Below are positions 11,439-23,394 of a stretch of DNA of 64,000 nt, piece after piece. A program made the position numbers and the translations under genes. The stretch spans positions 640,001 to 704,000 of the forward strand of contig CAVZZA010000005.1 in assembly GCA_963779615.1 (NCBI GenBank), in the 5' to 3' direction. Origin of the DNA: an uncultured Nitrososphaeraceae archaeon. Its GTDB lineage: Archaea > Thermoproteota > Nitrososphaeria > Nitrososphaerales > Nitrososphaeraceae. Position 1 is the stretch's first letter. Each line of letters starts with the position of its first letter. The notes under the pieces were generated by a model. The model was not told the origin of the DNA. It was given only the letters and a program-made list of their open reading frames with translations, and searched no databases.

Positions 11439-11474
11439 TTTTCAGGCCAATGGTCAAAATGGTGGGAGTTTAAC

Positions 11475-12578
11475 ATGAAAATTGGTATAATTGCAGATGG
11501 AAAGGAGCAGGAAGGGGGAACCAAGGAGGTCATCAACCACATCAAAAGATCGTTTCAGGATAGAGACATAGGGGTGGAATACGTTAATGAGGAAACCTAT
11601 TTGCCAAAAATATTTCCCATCAAGTGGAAAGACTTGTTCAGGCTCTTTTACCTGAGAGGAATATCCAACATTGATCTTTCCAGGTATGACACAGTCATAA
11701 CTTTGCAGCCTGATTCTCACTGCATCAAACACAAAAACCACATTGTTTACTTTCAACACCACAAGAAACAGTATTATGATTTGTTTTGGCACTCCCTGAA
11801 GTTGAAAAAAAAATTGAGGAAAAAGGCAATGTTTCTTGTTTTGGCCGGGGCGGCCAGACTCGCAGACAGGTTTTACCTGACACCGAATCTAAAAAAATCA
11901 TTTGTCGCAGTTAACAGTCCTGTGGTTGGTGATAGGCTAAAGAAATACAACAAGATATCCAATTTCCGCGTCATTTATCCTGGTTGTGATGACGTAAAGG
12001 GGCACACTCAAAACAGTGACTCAGCAACAGACGGGATGGAAAATACAAACGACATTCCAACCATTTTGGCATTTTCCAGGCTAAATGTAACACAAAAAGG
12101 CATCGACATAATTATCCAGACCGCGTCAACAATGCCACACTGTAAATTTATCGTGGCTGGCCCTTATGACAACACTATCGACGAAATCGACAGAAAAAAC
12201 TTGCCGGACAATGTAAATCTCATTGCCAAAGAATTCTCTGCACAAGAAAAGTTTAACCTATTCAGTAACTGCGACTTATTTTTGGCACCCTATTTGGAGG
12301 AGGATTTTGGCATCACGCCCATTGAAGCCAATGCCTTTGGCAAGCCGGTTGTCTACTGCGACGATAGCGGTGGAATTGTCTACACCCAAAAACATCGGGA
12401 AACAGGGTTTATGTGCAAAAGAGCGACTGCGGATCTTGCTGATGGGATAGAGTATTGCCTAAAAAACAGGGAGGCAATGAGAACGGCATGCATCAACAAC
12501 TCTACAGAGTATTCGTGGAGCAGGTTTGAGGAATGTTTTAGGGAGTACGTTGACAAACTAAATGCCGGGGCACCTTAA
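11475..12578 (+). CDS. GT4 glycosyltransferase (distinct subfamily)
   Basis: SRLNVTQKGID and the E-x7-E motif EEDFGITPIEANAFGKPVV; starts 36 bp after the previous gene. Confidence 0.9.
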   Translation: MKIGIIADGKEQEGGTKEVINHIKRSFQDRDIGVEYVNEETYLPKIFPIKWKDLFRLFYLRGISNIDLSRYDTVITLQPDSHCIKHKNHIVYFQHHKKQYYDLFWHSLKLKKKLRKKAMFLVLAGAARLADRFYLTPNLKKSFVAVNSPVVGDRLKKYNKISNFRVIYPGCDDVKGHTQNSDSATDGMENTNDIPTILAFSRLNVTQKGIDIIIQTASTMPHCKFIVAGPYDNTIDEIDRKNLPDNVNLIAKEFSAQEKFNLFSNCDLFLAPYLEEDFGITPIEANAFGKPVVYCDDSGGIVYTQKHRETGFMCKRATADLADGIEYCLKNREAMRTACINNSTEYSWSRFEECFREYVDKLNAGAP

Positions 12579-12818
12579 CGGTCTAAAAACCAAGGCCCAT
12601 TTTAAACCAACACAAACACCACACCAACATCTAAAAAAGGTACGAACTGAGCGTTTAATCGCATTTTACCAAAATAGATCAAACTACACAACAAGGAAGG
12701 CATTTAATGAAATATTGGATATCCAGAAGCATTAAATTGGCATCAGCATCCACACCAGATTGTCAACAAAAATCACAGGAATATAGGTTACCAGTCAACA
12801 AATCCATTGCCATGGCAT

Positions 12819-13832
12819 TCATGACTGTTTTTGAAAGACAACCATGATTGATGTGAATAGGATGTTTCGGATTTTAAGGAGTAATAGCGGGTGGCTTTTT
12901 TTGTATTCTTCATCCACATTGTCCCAGTTCGCATCAATTGTAAAATGGTCTATTATGGTATCCAAAGTGCTTGCCGTCATCCTTAGGTCAAGTGGCTCCA
13001 CAGGTTTTAGTTTGCCTAGCTTGTCGATTAGATCCGAATATATTGTTTTTTTGTTGAAGAATTCAGGGTGTTTTTTACCGTTGAGTATGTATTCTGTTGC
13101 TATTACGGCAATACCCCCTGGCTTTAGCACCCGCTCTATTTCCCTCATGCTCTTTAATGCCCCAGAATGATTTTTTCCGCCAAAATGCTCTATCGAGGAA
13201 AACGAAAATGCGATGTCAAACGTCTCGTCGGGAAAGTCCAGTTTTGAGCCGTCCATCCTCAACACCGTTAACGCATCTTCATCATATGGAAACGGGGCAT
13301 ACCTTTTAGGGTCCCTAAGAAATCCGAGTGGTGCAGCTTTTTTCCACGATTCATTGTCTTCATAAAGGTCAGTTGCGTAAACTCGGGATATTTTGTTTGC
13401 AAGGTAAAAAGGAATTGGCTCGGTGCCGCTACCAACTCCTATAGCTGTGCTTGATTTATTTAGTTTATCGAATCTCTTCATGGCGATTATGCCAATGGCC
13501 CATTCCCAGTCTTTTCTGTGGATCAGCCCCTGCGGGTTGAGTTTCTGCAGTTCCACCAGGGTTTCCCTAATTTCAGGATTTTCCCAGTCCTCAACATAGC
13601 ACAGCCTGTTTAGATTTGTCTTGGACCCACTGCCGGAGTCTATTTTGTAGTGTGAGTTTTTCTTTAAATTTGACACAAAACCTTCTATTTCCTTTTCGTC
13701 CAGCGAATTACACTTGTCTTCAATCTTTGCCCATTTTTTGCCTTGTATTATGTCCTTCACAATCGAAGGGTGACGCCTTACGGAGTTTATTTTTCTTTTT
13801 AAGGTCAAATTAAATATTAAACTGTTTTTCAC
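12819..13832 (-). CDS. Class I SAM-dependent methyltransferase, paralog 2
   Basis: HRKDWEWA, GVGSGTEP and FDIAFSFSSIEH motifs. Confidence 0.85.
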   Translation of the reverse strand: MKNSLIFNLTLKRKINSVRRHPSIVKDIIQGKKWAKIEDKCNSLDEKEIEGFVSNLKKNSHYKIDSGSGSKTNLNRLCYVEDWENPEIRETLVELQKLNPQGLIHRKDWEWAIGIIAMKRFDKLNKSSTAIGVGSGTEPIPFYLANKISRVYATDLYEDNESWKKAAPLGFLRDPKRYAPFPYDEDALTVLRMDGSKLDFPDETFDIAFSFSSIEHFGGKNHSGALKSMREIERVLKPGGIAVIATEYILNGKKHPEFFNKKTIYSDLIDKLGKLKPVEPLDLRMTASTLDTIIDHFTIDANWDNVDEEYKKSHPLLLLKIRNILFTSIMVVFQKQS

Positions 13833-14220
13833 GATTGTTATTTAATCTTTAAAAAGGACAGACAACCGATAAAAGCAACGTAATCGTGTCTCTCATTCCA
13901 AGCGGATTTCCGTTCAACAAGGTGGAAAAAAAGCCATCTTTTGAAATGAGGCGATAGTTGCAAAGAATTTGCTGCAAGTTAATTTCCCCCCACAATAGCG
14001 CACAACAAAGGACTAGTCAGATAGGTTTAGCATTGTTTTTTATCCACCCAGATCTCATTCAGATAAAATACGGCAGGATTTTATCACCATATGCAAAAAA
14101 TATTTTATTATGGCATACCTTAGCTCTTGCCATCTGTCAACATCTTTAAGCAGAATATGCTCATATTTTTTGTCGATTGAATTATAATAACGCCATTAAA
14201 TAAAAATACATACAAATATA

Positions 14221-15246
14221 ATGGAAAGTCATGACAATCCAAAAATAATATTCTTGGCATGGGCTCCATTTAGTCCCAGAACACAAAATTTGGCAGAGAG
14301 TTTGGGAGCAAAAATCAACCTATTGAATTACAAGTTTAGAAAAAAACTGTACTCGCCATTAAAGTATCCCGTGCTGTTTGTAAAGACTCTCAAAATCTTA
14401 AGAAAGGAAAACCCAGACATAATAATCAATCAAATACCCCCAATATTTTGCGCTATTTCCGTATTGGCATACAAGAAATTTTCGCCTGGGAAGAAGAAAA
14501 AGTGCAGCATGATAATTGATGCGCATACGGGGGCTTTTAACAGGCCCTGGACATTCCTCAAACCATTAAACAAGCTGGCCATGAAAAAAGCAGATTTGGT
14601 AATAGTTACCAATAATGATCTCAAGGCCAAAGTGCTAAAAGACTATAATGTTGATTCAAAGGTACTGGAGGACAGGGTTCCAGACTTTAGCGTCACCACT
14701 GTTCCTGCCTATAAAGAAAAGGACGATTCGCCCTATTCTTTCAGTGTAGCCTTTATTTGCTCTTTTGCGTATGATGAGCCTTTGGAAAACATAATACAGG
14801 CAGCTGTGGATTTGCCCGAAACAAGATTTTTTATAACTGGGGACTATTCAAAAATGGACAGCAACAAGAAACGGGCTCTTGAAAATAAACCAGGCAATGT
14901 AATTTTTACCGGCTTTGTTAGTTATGATGACTATGTGTCCTTGCTTAGGTATGTGGATGCGGTGATTGTTCTCACCAACAGAGACAAAACAATGCTGTCA
15001 GGAGCCTTTGAGGCATTGGCTGTGGGAAAACCCCTGATTACATCAAACTGGAATTGCCTGATGCAATACTATAGCAAGGGAGCAATTTGCACAGACAACT
15101 CCACCACTCAAATAAAGGAGGCAATACAGACGGTTCAGGGAAAAAAAGAACAGTTGGAAAAAGAAATGATTCAACTCAAGGATGAAAGGGTAAAAGAGTG
15201 GGATGAGAGGTTTTACCACTTGAAGGAAAGCATATTAAACAAATAG
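14221..15246 (+). CDS. GT-B glycosyltransferase (GT4/ALG1-like)
   Basis: IIDAHTG, SFAYDEP, NVIFTGFV and GAFEALAVGKPLITS motifs. Confidence 0.8.
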   Translation: MESHDNPKIIFLAWAPFSPRTQNLAESLGAKINLLNYKFRKKLYSPLKYPVLFVKTLKILRKENPDIIINQIPPIFCAISVLAYKKFSPGKKKKCSMIIDAHTGAFNRPWTFLKPLNKLAMKKADLVIVTNNDLKAKVLKDYNVDSKVLEDRVPDFSVTTVPAYKEKDDSPYSFSVAFICSFAYDEPLENIIQAAVDLPETRFFITGDYSKMDSNKKRALENKPGNVIFTGFVSYDDYVSLLRYVDAVIVLTNRDKTMLSGAFEALAVGKPLITSNWNCLMQYYSKGAICTDNSTTQIKEAIQTVQGKKEQLEKEMIQLKDERVKEWDERFYHLKESILNK

Positions 15247-15571
15247 GATCCCGCAGTAAAGGAAAACGAAACTCATTGCAAATGCGTTCCATTGCCTTTA
15301 CGGTATTCGCTGGCGGAACAATTTAACCTAAGGATGAAAAATGGCGTTAAACACATCACCACACTGGTTTTGCAATTTATTACATATGTATCTGGGTGGG
15401 ATCCACAAGGACAACAACGGGAAAACCGAGAACCCATATAGGCAGGCCTTTCGGATATGCCACCTATCAATAGACTTAACTCGTCATTAAAAAGCATAGC
15501 AAAACACCTGCGGGCAGACAGCCTGTTGCGGGGGTTTCAAACACACAAGGAAGCGACAACAAGAGATACAT

Positions 15572-16813
15572 ATGGAAAAAGTAATGCAGTATACAGAAAA
15601 AAGAATGAAAATACTGATGGTATGCGCCGAATACCCGCCCATGGCTGGAGGCATAGGACGGTATACAGCAAATTTGACAAAGAATATTCAAAAACTGGGA
15701 TTTGATGTATACGTGGCATGCAATGAGAAAGGAGATGGGCACTATTCTGGCATATCACCTTCAAATCAGGAAAACTCCAGCATTTTATTGAAAATAGTTG
15801 ATGACCTAAAACCAGACATCATTCATGTGCAGTTTGATGTTGGGTTGTATGGTTTAAGATTTGATCAGAAGCAGCCAAAAAAAGTAGAAACATACATTGA
15901 CGAGTTTTATGACGAATGCAAAACCCCCATAGTAACAACATTTCATTCTGGAAAAAGTGTTTATTTTGGCTATGTGACACTAGAGTCTTTATTAAAAAAG
16001 GAAGGCAGGATGGGATTTGCGGGAACCCCTGTTAGGCTACTGCTCAGGCTATGGAGATACTCTTTGAATTACCTTGGGGTCAACAGCATATATGGGGACA
16101 AATTAAAAAAAAGCCATTCAGGCATAGTATTTTCACATTTCATGTCAAGGAAAATCGGGGGCGGCAGATGCCAGGTGATTTACCATGGGTCTGAGCCGGC
16201 CATGGGCCATTCTAGCTCAAATAAAACTGAAGCAAGAAAGAGACTTTCCATTCAGGGCATCAGGGACGATGAAAGAATAGCTTTGGCTGTTGGATTCACA
16301 AGTGACGGAAAGGGGTGGGACCTTCTTGAAAAGATAAAGATGCCCAAAGGATGGAAGTTGGTGACAAACTCATCGAAAAGCCATTTCAACAACGAGAACA
16401 TCAAACCGAACTGGAAAGAGTCACCAAACATAATAGATTTGCAGAGGGGCTACCTTGGCGAGGAAGAGCTATCAATGCTGTTCTATGCCTCTGATGCAGT
16501 GATATTGCCATACAAGGCTGCTTCTGGCTCAGGTGTCATGTTTGACGCCTTGGCGCACGGCCTGCCGTTTATAGCAACTGATCTGGAGTTTTTCAAGGAG
16601 TTTGCAGTCCAGGGGTTAGGCATAGCGATAAAAAGAAACCCCAATGACTTTTCCAAAGCATTAGGCATTCTTGCGGATAATTACGATAAATATTACCAAT
16701 CAGTGAACAAATTCAAAGAGAAAATAAAGTGGAGGACTGTTGCTGAGGAACACTCTAATCTGTATAACAACATTATAAAAAAACCAAATAAAACAACACA
16801 TACAGTTCAATAA
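15572..16813 (+). CDS. GT4 glycosyltransferase, paralog 4 (probable start ATG 15605)
   Basis: MKILMVCAEYPPMAGGIGRYT and SGVMFDALAHGLPFIATD motifs. Confidence 0.9.
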   Translation: MEKVMQYTEKRMKILMVCAEYPPMAGGIGRYTANLTKNIQKLGFDVYVACNEKGDGHYSGISPSNQENSSILLKIVDDLKPDIIHVQFDVGLYGLRFDQKQPKKVETYIDEFYDECKTPIVTTFHSGKSVYFGYVTLESLLKKEGRMGFAGTPVRLLLRLWRYSLNYLGVNSIYGDKLKKSHSGIVFSHFMSRKIGGGRCQVIYHGSEPAMGHSSSNKTEARKRLSIQGIRDDERIALAVGFTSDGKGWDLLEKIKMPKGWKLVTNSSKSHFNNENIKPNWKESPNIIDLQRGYLGEEELSMLFYASDAVILPYKAASGSGVMFDALAHGLPFIATDLEFFKEFAVQGLGIAIKRNPNDFSKALGILADNYDKYYQSVNKFKEKIKWRTVAEEHSNLYNNIIKKPNKTTHTVQ

Positions 16814-17234
16814 AGTTTCATTATAGGATATGTAAATCGATTCAATTCCAGACAGTCATTTACATTGAAAAATAAAACCAAAGTTTAAAACGCATATCTA
16901 AATCTAGTAATAACTCGGCATTTATCAAAAAAATTTTAAAAATGTTCCTCAATAATGTATTTTTATGAATACCACCATTAAAAAAATAAATTCAAAAATA
17001 ACCATCCCAATCCCGAAAAATTATTTAATATGTTGTCTTTATGAAATTTTTTTACGAGTATTTTATAAGGTAATATATTCATCCTAAAATTGCTTTTTTA
17101 TTAATAAAGTAGCATAACAAATTTTTTTATGGGTTTATGCGTTACATCAATAATAATTATTTCATTCACTATCTTTAAAACGTCAAAAGTAAAAGTAACA
17201 TAAAATTTTTTATTATCATAGCCAAATTTTAATT

Positions 17235-18308
17235 TTATTGTTGTTTTTGGAAAACAATCATTATTGAAGTAATTAGCATACCTTCGACTCTAACAAGTAG
17301 TAAAGGATTATTCCTTTTAAATTCATCATTGTTTAGTGATTTGTCCCAATATACAGCTGATTCGTAGTCTATGACCTTATCTAGAGTATTTGTTGTTATT
17401 CTCAAATCTAAAGGCTCTACCGGTTTTAGTTTGTCTAGCTTGTCAATCAAATCCGAATATATTGTTTTTTTGTTGAAGAACTCCGGATGCTCTTTATCGT
17501 TGAGTATGTATTCTGTTGTTATGATTGCAATGCCCCCTGGCTTTAGCACCCGCTCTATTTCCCTCATGGCTTTTAGTGCCCCAGAGTGATTTTCCCCACC
17601 AAAATGCTCTATGGAGGAAAATGAGAATGCGATGTCAAACGTCTCGTCAGGAAAATCCAGTTTTGAGCCGTCCATCCTCAACACCGTTAGCGCATCTTCA
17701 TCATACGGAAATGGGGCATACTTTTTAGGGTCCCTAAGAAAATCTGTTGGAGCAAAGTTTTTCCAACCCTTTCCATCATAAAGGTCCGTAGCATAAACAC
17801 GGGATACTTTATTTGCAAGGTAAAAGAGAATCTCTTCTCTTCCAGCACCTATGCCTATTGCCACATTATCTTTTTTTAATTTTCCAAATCTTTCCATCGC
17901 CATTACTCCAAGGGCCCACTCCCAGTCTTTTCTGTGGATAAGACCCTGTTTTCTGCTATTTACTATGCTTGTTTTCATTTCCCAACCAACTTTATTAATA
18001 TAGTCATCTTTACTCGCATGCTGCAATTCTAAAATAATTTTTTTTATATCACCATTTTGCCAATCTTCTATGCTGCATAGTCTATTTAACTTTGGATTGT
18101 TATTTACGTTAATTTCATTGTATTGTACTGGGTTTTTCTTTAAAGATGAAATAAAAGCATTAACCTCTTTTAGAGATTGCATCTCAAATTGTTTCTTGTC
18201 CAGTTCCCTAACCTTGGATTCTATCTCATCCCTACTCTTGCCCAAGACAATATATTTTATGATGGCAGGGTGTTTTTTTATAGAGTCAATTTTGACTTTA
18301 AAGTTCAA
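17235..18308 (-). CDS. Class I SAM-dependent methyltransferase, paralog 3 (start uncertain)
   Basis: HRKDWEWA, GIGAGREE and FDIAFSFSSIEH motifs; ~20-aa insertion before HRKDWEWA relative to the paralogs. Confidence 0.85.
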   Translation of the reverse strand: MNFKVKIDSIKKHPAIIKYIVLGKSRDEIESKVRELDKKQFEMQSLKEVNAFISSLKKNPVQYNEINVNNNPKLNRLCSIEDWQNGDIKKIILELQHASKDDYINKVGWEMKTSIVNSRKQGLIHRKDWEWALGVMAMERFGKLKKDNVAIGIGAGREEILFYLANKVSRVYATDLYDGKGWKNFAPTDFLRDPKKYAPFPYDEDALTVLRMDGSKLDFPDETFDIAFSFSSIEHFGGENHSGALKAMREIERVLKPGGIAIITTEYILNDKEHPEFFNKKTIYSDLIDKLDKLKPVEPLDLRITTNTLDKVIDYESAVYWDKSLNNDEFKRNNPLLLVRVEGMLITSIMIVFQKQQ

Positions 18309-18527
18309 TACATCTAATATAAGATTAAATTATTCTACTTTAAGATTTTCATAGCAAGGAATAAAAAAACGCTTAGGTGAACATGATCCAAAGAATATTC
18401 TTTTTGTTTGCTACTACAATAACATAGTACAAGAGAAAGGCCATAAAAAAAATGTTAGCAAAAGTTCTTGAGGATATAATAAAAACAAGATTAAAACCTT
18501 TATTAAACAAGAAATAAAAAAAATATA

Positions 18528-19502
18528 ATGCTTGAAAAGTTATCGGCTTGGTTGCTGAAGGGACCAACTGGTGGGTTGGTACTCCCTTTTGATATATTTA
18601 TTTTATTCATTTTAAGGGTTTTTTATTTAGCAACAAGGATTTCCCTAAAGGTTGTTTTGGGCAAGAGAAGAAGGGACAAATTATACACAAAAGGCAAACT
18701 TTCGTATTTTAATGATGATTTTAGCGCCTCATTTTTGGCCTTGATGTATATATCCCATATCAAGAAATTTTTGAGATTGGGCAACATTTTATTGTTAAAA
18801 TTAAGCGTACCCAAATACAATTACAAAGTATATTGTCCAGCCAACAAAGACGATTTCATAAGCATGACAATACGGGAAGATGAACTGCTGGTGCGCTTCA
18901 ACCCCAAAGAAGGAGAAGTGGTTGTTGATATTGGTGCCCACATAGGACGCTATACGCTCATAGGCTCAAAGCGTGTTGGGCCAAAAGGGAAGGTAGTTGC
19001 TATTGAAGCCCATCCTTCGGTGTTAAAAATGCTGAATAAAAACATCAAATTAAACAACCTCACTAATGTTACAGCATTAAACTATGCTGTCTATTCAGAA
19101 GAGACAAAAATAAAACTTTATGATCACAGTAAACAAGTAGGTGCAACCATTTACAACACAGTAATGGCAGGCAGGGTAAGAGACCAGGATGTATTTGTAG
19201 AGGTAGAAGCAAACACATTGGACAACATACTACAACAAAACGGGGTAAATGCAGAGGATGTCAACTGGGTGAAAATCGATGTTGAGGGGGCGGAGCTTGA
19301 GGTTTTGAGGGGGGCTACCAATGTCCTGTCCAAAAGCAAAAACATTACGATGTTTGTGGAAATTCACAATGTTGACAGCAATAGTAAAAACTATTATACC
19401 TCAATAATGGATTTACTTGCCCATTATAATTTCAAAATCGAATTGGAGTTATCATATAAGTCAGGAGAGAAACACGTTATTTTAAGAAAGCATCTGGTTT
19501 GA
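18528..19502 (+). CDS. FkbM family methyltransferase, paralog 3
   Basis: VVDIGAHIGRYT and KIDVEGAELEVLRGA motifs. Confidence 0.9.
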   Translation: MLEKLSAWLLKGPTGGLVLPFDIFILFILRVFYLATRISLKVVLGKRRRDKLYTKGKLSYFNDDFSASFLALMYISHIKKFLRLGNILLLKLSVPKYNYKVYCPANKDDFISMTIREDELLVRFNPKEGEVVVDIGAHIGRYTLIGSKRVGPKGKVVAIEAHPSVLKMLNKNIKLNNLTNVTALNYAVYSEETKIKLYDHSKQVGATIYNTVMAGRVRDQDVFVEVEANTLDNILQQNGVNAEDVNWVKIDVEGAELEVLRGATNVLSKSKNITMFVEIHNVDSNSKNYYTSIMDLLAHYNFKIELELSYKSGEKHVILRKHLV

Positions 19503-19810
19503 CAAAGGCTAGATCATTGTAAAAAGAAGGATTTTTAATTATTTGTTTTGTTTGTTTTTTGTTTTTTTACGGCACTTATTCTATAATAATTTTTATCAAT
19601 AATTTTGGGAGGATTCTTTTCCCATTAACGAACCAAGAAAAAATACAAGTCAAGAAAGCAAACAAAAAGACATTGAAAATCATTCTGGACTTGTGACATA
19701 GATACTATTTAAAAATTTAATAGAATATGGTCACTTATACACTACAATTTTTTGCGGCCCGTTCTCAAGATGTTTGTTGGATATCGAAAAGAAAGTGTAT
19801 GTTTACGACA

Positions 19811-21019
19811 TCATCTTTTCCCATCATCAACAAGCCAATTTGATATGAACAACCTTAGATTCTTCCTAAAAGCCTCGGCAGAAAATTTTTTTGCGTATTC
19901 TCTTAATCTTTGAGACTCGGTTATGCTCCATGACGACAATGCGCTTTTTACAGATTCAACAGCTTCCTCAATATTGCTGTATCTATATTTTTCATCCACT
20001 ATTTTGTCAAACTTTGCAGCACCCGAGTCATGCGCCACTGGAATGATACCCGCACTCATTGCCTCAACAAAAGCAATCCCAAAATGCTCTCCCAAAAAGC
20101 TATGCAACATGACCTTGGATTTCCTTAAAACACTAATTTTATCCTCGATTGTTGCATTAACATGAAAACCTACATTTTTGGGAGCATCCTTTTGTAGCTT
20201 TTCCAGGTACCATGCCTTATCCAAAGTGACGCTTCCAACAAGCTCAAACCTTGTATCGGGCAACCGTCGAGCCACCTCCAATATTGTCTCGTACCTTTTT
20301 TCCTGGGTAAACCTACCGATAGAACAAACAACGTCTTCCCTCGTTTGGTCATCATTTAATGGAAATGAATACTGAGGGCATGGTGGATAAATCACAACAG
20401 AATCCATTCCCCATGCGGATTTTATTGCGTTTTTAGTATAGTTGCTGTTGGTGATTATAGTAGACTGTTTTATGTAATCCAAATTATGTGATATGAACAT
20501 CCATGGCTTTATGTATAGCCTTTTCAAGGTGTTTTTCTGATATTTTTCGCTTTCAACCTCCAAATCAACAGGATAATGAACATACACAATGGTACGCCTG
20601 GCCATATCTTTGGGAATAAGGCTAGACCCGCCTGTGACCAAAACGAAATCAACCTTGTGTTTTTTTATCAATTTCTTAAAGAAAAAGTATGAATAGACCA
20701 GTCTTTGGTACGCTCCCTAAAAATGGAAGAATTTCATTCCTGCCAATGGATTTTACAAACCCGTCTATGGAATCCGTAACATCAATTCCTATTCTCTCCA
20801 GGCTCTCCTCTTTTTTAGGGTATGCACTGGCACACAGAAAAACTTTAGAGCCCATTTCGTGCATAGCTTTGATTGAATGCAAACCAACATGTTCGCCACA
20901 TACGGGAATTGCCAATGCTATTAGCAACTCTCTCCGTAGGCTTCCATGTTGTAGTGCACCACGCCCACATTGACATTATTCAAATCATTAGCATTTTTTT
21001 CCATGTCCACAATTTCCAT
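19811..21019 (-). CDS. GT4 glycosyltransferase (ALG11-like), broken by at least two frameshifts (~20930 and ~20680)
   Basis: YVHYP, TNSNYT, VIYPPC, IGRFTQEK and EHFGIAFVEAMSAGIIPVAHDSG motifs. Upstream pieces (MEIVDMEKN...VGVVHYNM; ORF 20676-20927) supply the N-terminus in other frames. Confidence 0.75.
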
Positions 21020-21286
21020 GATATTGTAAAAAAACAAAAATTATTATAAACCTTTAATGAGCAACCAATAACCATATTTTGGATTTAAAATATCTTGGAC
21101 TATCTTTTAAGTACATTAAAGTAAATAAATCTGGTTACATTAATCACGTAAAATAGAGAATACAAAGAGACAAAAGCCAATAATTTTTTAATCTTTGGCA
21201 TATATTTTACAATAAAGCAATATTGTTTATAGATATTTCTGTACCTATAAGAATTAATAAATGGAGTATGGCATAAATACCAACCT

Positions 21287-21838
21287 ATGGGAAAAATTAA
21301 AGACAATTTACTAAACTCAGGTAAATTTTGGAATTGGGTAGGGAGAAGGTTTTGGGAATCCCGTCAGTTTTATGGAGCGTATATTGCACTATTCATAGCC
21401 ATAACCAATTGGATCACAATTCAGTACAGACTGCTTTTGCAGAATGTTCCAGGGCTTAATTATCTTTTTTCAAACATATTCGTATTCATGGTGGTTGCGA
21501 TACTAATTTTTTCCGTAGCCAGCGTTCTGGGTGGACACTACATTCACAGGAAAAGGCAATTCAGATTGGAAAATGCTCTGGCGGTAGAAGAGAACCCTTA
21601 TTTGTACATGGCCGCACCCGGGAAAGAAAGGGATTTGATGATACCCATATTAATCCTGCAGATGGATATCTTTGAAGAAATCTTAAAAGAAAAGAATACA
21701 CTAACAGAAGAAAAGAAAAAGCAATTTGAGATGTTTAGAGAGGACTTGACGAAACTAAAACAAGGTGACCGTATTGACCGCATTAAAAAAAACACACTAA
21801 AAGAGAAACAAAAGAAATCTTTCCCAATATTGCAATAA
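21287..21838 (+). CDS. Hypothetical membrane protein (2 predicted TM helices, charged C-terminus)
   Basis: 183-aa ORF with hydrophobic stretches YGAYIALFIAITNWITI and IFVFMVVAILIFSVASVLGG. Confidence 0.7.
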   Translation: MGKIKDNLLNSGKFWNWVGRRFWESRQFYGAYIALFIAITNWITIQYRLLLQNVPGLNYLFSNIFVFMVVAILIFSVASVLGGHYIHRKRQFRLENALAVEENPYLYMAAPGKERDLMIPILILQMDIFEEILKEKNTLTEEKKKQFEMFREDLTKLKQGDRIDRIKKNTLKEKQKKSFPILQ

Positions 21839-22215
21839 ATACAAAATAGAAAAAAAAATAGAGAATTAGATTATTTTGATTCTTGCTTTTCTCAACCTAA
21901 CACTTTTGCAAAAAGGATTCACAAAATGCAATATTGAGATAATTCAATTCCTTTTTCATACACCAATAATTCCTTGCTGGATGTTTTTGACAAATAGGAA
22001 GTAAACTATAACGCATTTTGTAGTAGGGTTCTGTTTGGTTAGGGTGTGTAACACTACCACCATAACCATCACCACCACCACCATTGAAATGGGTATGCCT
22101 GCCTGCACCATGTTTTTACCCAATTTTTTGAATTGTTCTGGATTAACCGTTGCCAACAAAATACTTGCACTTGGTTTTTATCTTATTGTACTATAGTCTG
22201 TTTTGACAGGCATAA

Positions 22216-23155
22216 ATGAAAAAACTAATCTCATGGGTATTGTTAAACTCAGAAGGGGTTACCTTATCAGATAAACTAATATTGTTTTTCATAAAGATTT
22301 TCTATTTAGGTTCAAGAGTCACCCTTAGGATAGTTTTGGGTAAAAGAAGGAGAGACAGAATATATTCAGAGCGGGATCTGGATTTTGGATCATTTTGGAA
22401 CAGATTTTATTTATTTTGGAACAGAGGCAAAAAAAAATCGGCTTTGCTAAGGTTCAAAACGCCTAAATACAAATTTGAGTTTTATTGCAGAAACAACAAG
22501 GATGACTTTAAAATCATGACATTTCACGAGGATGACATACTGGAGCATTTTGCACTTAAGGAAGGGGATGTTGTTGTGGATGTTGGCGCGCATATTGGCC
22601 CCTATACGATAATAGCCTCAAAACGGGTTGGCCCTAATGGCAAGGTAGTTGCCATTGAGGCGGATCCTGACAATTTTAACATATTGACTCGCAATATCCA
22701 CCTCAACAAACTAACAAATGTCGTTGCGTTAAATTATGCCGTATACTCCAGGGAAGAGAAAATTAAGCTGTATTTACCAAGCGGTGGAAAATTCCATGAC
22801 TCATACACAAAATTCAACACCATAATGTCCGACAGGGCACCGGGGGAAGGAAAATTTGTGGAGGTAGCGGCAAACACACTTGATTCCCTTCTGCAATCAA
22901 ATCAGATAAAACAGGAAGATGTGAACTGGATAAAGATTGATGTGGAAGGCGCAGAATATGAAGTACTAAAAGGGAGCAGAAGGCATACTCTCCAATAGCA
23001 AAGACATCGCGCTATTGATTGAGGTGCACAACCTCTCTAGCGGGACTAACCTATACGAGTCCATAAGTAAATTTCTTGGCCCATACAACTTCAAAATAGA
23101 ATTTGAGAAAAAGTATGAGAGCGGCGAAAGGCACATAATCGCTCGCAAGCATTAA
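22216..23155 (+). CDS. FkbM family methyltransferase, paralog 4, with one extra base near 22970
   Basis: FkbM motifs. After AAAAGGG the homologous tail (AEGILSNSKDIALLIEVHN...SGERHIIARKH) continues in a shifted frame to TAA at 23153-23155. Confidence 0.85.
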
Positions 23156-23394
23156 CGTCATACCTTCAGATTTTGAACCTGAAGGAAAAAGGGAATCACA
23201 CTACATCATGCCACACAAAACCAAAAAAACATACAAGGTATGGGATATGAAAACATTCCAAAAAATGTATTGATGCGAGTCAACCTCCCCTAAACAAAAG
23301 AGTTGATGCTCTTTTAGTAACTTGCTTTATCTGCACAACCATTATTTCCAAAGCGAACCATATAAAAAGCGGCAACAAGGATGGAGGGAATACA

